DNA of 64,000 nucleotides from Kiloniellaceae bacterium (GTDB lineage Bacteria; Pseudomonadota; Alphaproteobacteria; Kiloniellales; J153): NCBI GenBank assembly GCA_046758005.1, contig JBHHZJ010000003.1, positions 4,469 to 68,468 of the forward strand, read 5' to 3'. Shown piece by piece: positions 61,398 to 64,000 of this stretch (position 1 is its first letter; each line of letters starts with the position of its first letter). The notes under the pieces were generated by a model. It saw only the letters and a program-made list of their open reading frames with translations, ran no database searches and was not told where the DNA came from. The position numbers and the translations under genes were made by a program.

Positions 61398-62333
61398 ATG
61401 ACGGCGCCGGCCGAGGAACAAGACGGGGCGTCCGCCGAGGGTTGCGAGGGGACCTACCGCGTCGTCCATACGACCAAGTACCGCTTCGAGGACGAAGCGT
61501 CCTCATGCACCGTCGAGGCGCGCCTGAAAACGCGCGAGCTGCCCCATCAGCAATGCCTTTTTCATCAGCTGGTGGTCCGGCCCCTCGCCACCGCGCGCCG
61601 GGAATGGACCGATACCTTCGGCAACCGGGTCACCGGTTTCACTGTCCCCGAGGCGCACCGGACGTTGGAGGTCACCGCCATCAACGTCGTGCGGACCTCG
61701 CCGCGCTCCGCGCCCGCCCTGGACGCCGCGCCGCCGTGGGAGGGCGTCCGCCGGCGCATCGAAGACCGCGCCCAAAGGGATGACCTGGAGCCGTTCCTGG
61801 GCGAATCGCCGCTTGTCGATCCGGACGCGGCGGCGGCCGAGTTCGCCCGCGCGTGCTTCGGCCCCGGCCGCCCGGTCCTGGCGGGCGCGCGCGACCTGGC
61901 GACGCGGATCCACCGGGAGCTCGCCTACGATCCCGGATCGACGACGGTTGCGACCCCCGCCGCGGAGGCGCTGCGCCTGCGCCGCGGGGTGTGCCAGGAT
62001 TTCGCGCACCTGGCGATCGCGGGCCTGCGCTCGCTCGGGCTGGCCGCGCGTTACGTCAGCGGTTACCTCGATACCTCCGCGCTCAAGGGGCCGAACGCCA
62101 GGCCCGGCGGCGACGCCTCGCACGCGTGGTTCTCCGTCTACGTACCGGACCTTGGCTGGGTCGACGTCGATCCGACCAACGACCGGCTCGCCGCGGACGG
62201 CTACGTCACGCTCGCCTGGGGCCGGGACTATTCCGACGTCGCGCCCCTGCAGGGGGCCGTGGCCGGCGGCGGCGGGCGCCACACCGTGAGCGTTTCGGTC
62301 GACGTTGGGCGCGACGAGGCCGTGGGCGCCTGA
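61398..62333 (+). CDS. Transglutaminase-like family protein (Bact_transglu_N + transglutaminase core)
   Basis: YRVVHTTKYRFEDEASSCTVEARL N-domain. Catalytic triad contexts GVCQDFAHL (Cys), DASHAWFSVY (His), VDVDPTN (Asp). Confidence 0.8.
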   Translation: MTAPAEEQDGASAEGCEGTYRVVHTTKYRFEDEASSCTVEARLKTRELPHQQCLFHQLVVRPLATARREWTDTFGNRVTGFTVPEAHRTLEVTAINVVRTSPRSAPALDAAPPWEGVRRRIEDRAQRDDLEPFLGESPLVDPDAAAAEFARACFGPGRPVLAGARDLATRIHRELAYDPGSTTVATPAAEALRLRRGVCQDFAHLAIAGLRSLGLAARYVSGYLDTSALKGPNARPGGDASHAWFSVYVPDLGWVDVDPTNDRLAADGYVTLAWGRDYSDVAPLQGAVAGGGGRHTVSVSVDVGRDEAVGA

Positions 62334-62419
62334 GCGCACCCGACCGGCGCTATACACCCGGATCGCGAATGGGTTACGCTCCATGGGGCCGGGGCGGAAC
62401 GTGAAGTGGGCGAGTGGGC

Positions 62420-63211
62420 ATGGCGGGAAAGAAGGTCTGGCTGACGTGGATGCCCGGCGGCGAGGGCGCGCCACAACCGCAGGACACGGTCGCGACGCTC
62501 GGCCGCTACGGCCTGGAGGCCTCGGGCGCGCAGTGGACCGATGACCTCGAGAAGGTCGCCTGGGCCGAGCTGGGCGGCGTGCTGCTGGACCGGGCGAACG
62601 CGGACCTCTGGGTCCTCGCGGGCCGGCGCGGCGATCTCGAGTCGCCGCGCAACCGTTACGCGCTGTCCCTGGTGACCGCCATGGTGCGCGACGGCCGGGG
62701 CGGCGACCTTCGCGGCGTCTGCCTCGGCCTCGACTTCGCGCCGGAGGCCGCCGGGATGCCGTTCCTGCTCCGCTCCTTCCAGCTCCTCGACGGGCGCGAC
62801 GGCGGCTGGCCGGCCGCGCTGGTCGCGGCCGCCTACGGCGCGCCCGCCCCGGCGGTGCACGATTTCCGCCTCAACGTGATCGCCCATTCCCTGGTCGGCC
62901 AGTGGTTCGAGGTCGGCCCGCGCGAGGGCGAGTGGCAGGGCGTCATGCTCGGCGCCAGCGCCGAGGGAACGATCACCCACCACGCCGTCGGTCCGCGCGG
63001 GCAGCTTCCGGAGAAGGCGGTGCTGGAATACCCGGTCCAGGGCATCGAGGCGCAGATCGGCGCGGACAAGTTCCTCGCCTGGGCCGTGCAGAACCGGCTC
63101 GGCCCCGAGGACTCCTACTATGTCAGGATCGAGGGCTACCCGACCAAGCTGATTTTCGGCGGCCATCCGGGCACCGACCAGGCCGAGGTCGTGGTCCTGG
63201 ACCTCGTTTGA
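62420..63211 (+). CDS. Hypothetical protein (no recognisable domain)
   Basis: 263-aa ORF with genome-typical GC3 bias. Start is the ATG at 62420 or the GTG at 62414. No motif recognised. Confidence 0.55.
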   Translation: MAGKKVWLTWMPGGEGAPQPQDTVATLGRYGLEASGAQWTDDLEKVAWAELGGVLLDRANADLWVLAGRRGDLESPRNRYALSLVTAMVRDGRGGDLRGVCLGLDFAPEAAGMPFLLRSFQLLDGRDGGWPAALVAAAYGAPAPAVHDFRLNVIAHSLVGQWFEVGPREGEWQGVMLGASAEGTITHHAVGPRGQLPEKAVLEYPVQGIEAQIGADKFLAWAVQNRLGPEDSYYVRIEGYPTKLIFGGHPGTDQAEVVVLDLV

Positions 63212-63321
63212 CGGCGGGGCCGCCGCGGCAATGACCCCATCAGCCGGATCCGCAAATGTTTGCGCTCGGAGCGATTATCCTCGATAATATTCGACGATAT
63301 TGATTTAACAGAAATTGAGCC

Positions 63322-64000
63322 ATGACACGGATCAAAGAGATAGACATGCAGACTATGGGACAGATTCGTCAGGCGTCCCAGAAAATCTCGACGTTTCTGC
63401 ATAAGAGACTGAGCGGTTACTTGCAGACTCTGACCCCCCTTTTCGCGCCGCGCAAGGTGCTGGGCGAGTTCATGGAAAGCGCCTTCAAGGAAAAGGTTCC
63501 CGGCGCCGACAACAATTTTATCGACCTGGAAGAGGCGTTCAAGACGATCGCCCGGGAAACCTTCGATATCCCGGCGAAACTGGGTACGCCGATCCCCAAC
63601 ATAAGGAACCAGTTGGAAACCTATCCGTGGGAATACCGCTACCAGATCGGCGACGACGCGAACCGATCGGTGATCATCACGTCGCCGGTGCGCTGGGTGC
63701 TCGCCTATGCCGGCGGATTCACCCTCACGGACCTCCTGGAGCGGCAGGCGCTCGGCGAGAGCCTGCCGGCCGAGGACCTCAAGCAGTTCATCATCCACAG
63801 CTGGACCCTGCGCAGGCTCGTCGACATGTCGCCGCCGGTCCAGCAGCTCCTCGCCGACCTGCGCTTTCCGCTCGTCGTGGAGAGCTCCGAGGTTACCGGC
63901 GAGCTTCCCATCATGGTCGTCAACTCCGACCTGCCCACCTTCCGGCCCCAGGACGAGCTGATCGAGACCGTGGTCCAACTGTCCGGCAAGCCGGTCTTCG
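63322..64000 (+). CDS. Hypothetical protein, 5' part (open to window edge)
   Basis: Own translation from the ATG at 63322: MTRIKEIDMQTMGQIRQASQKISTFLHKRLSGYLQTLTPLFAPRKVLGEFMESAFKEKVPGADNNFIDLEEAFK...VVQLSGKPVF, with no stop before nt 64000. Absent from the ORF track because it is unterminated. The listed minus-strand ORF 63136..63978 looks like its antisense shadow. Confidence 0.55.
   Translation, partial: MTRIKEIDMQTMGQIRQASQKISTFLHKRLSGYLQTLTPLFAPRKVLGEFMESAFKEKVPGADNNFIDLEEAFKTIARETFDIPAKLGTPIPNIRNQLETYPWEYRYQIGDDANRSVIITSPVRWVLAYAGGFTLTDLLERQALGESLPAEDLKQFIIHSWTLRRLVDMSPPVQQLLADLRFPLVVESSEVTGELPIMVVNSDLPTFRPQDELIETVVQLSGKPVF

Noticed and set aside
63136-63978. 280-aa minus-strand ORF listed in the track
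   Set aside because: The product is Arg/Gly/Asp/Leu-rich without features. The opposite strand carries an open frame from the ATG at 63322 to the window edge with better codon bias and an AT-rich promoter-like region upstream.

Overview
High-GC proteobacterial chromosome segment. It is probably alphaproteobacterial, given the Suv3-like helicase / S4-Hsp15 / fdxA / carD block and a TTAA-N7-TTAAC CtrA-type box. No rRNA, tRNA, CRISPR array, transposase or integrase was seen. 1-20 kb is housekeeping: a minus-strand LIV-type ABC uptake operon ending in an acyl-CoA ligase, then acnA, a DUF1223 gene, htpG, pcm, the helicase, an Hsp15-like S4 protein, a TerB-like gene, fdxA, carD and a metallophosphoesterase-like gene whose metal-binding motifs are all substituted. 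20-26 kb is an accessory-looking envelope block. It holds a DUF4384 / Pro-Glu-Ala repeat / TPR membrane protein transcribed divergently from a secreted caspase(C14)-SH3-FGE-like protein, followed by two tandem His-rich DUF4399 paralogs. 26.4-61.3 kb is a complete type VI secretion locus. A Hanks kinase (with TM-sensor-TM-HAMP tail) and a PP2C phosphatase lie on the minus strand. On the plus strand are tagH, tssJ, tssK, tssL, tssM, tagF, tssA, tssB, tssC, tssE, tssF, tssG, clpV, a GAF/sigma-54 activator, two near-identical hcp genes each with its own sigma-54 promoter and shared upstream palindromes, and a 1053-aa evolved vgrG. After vgrG comes a DUF2169-pentapeptide fusion / pentapeptide / DUF3540-like / DUF4150 (PAAR-like) module. 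61.4-64 kb holds a transglutaminase-like gene and two unrecognisable ORFs; the last is open to the window edge and absent from the ORF track. The most interesting items are the membrane-hairpin insertion inside the VgrG spike with its toxin-less accessory module, the hcp promoter/enhancer architecture, and the split caspase/DUF4384 envelope pair. Many very long ORFs in the track are antisense artefacts of high GC.
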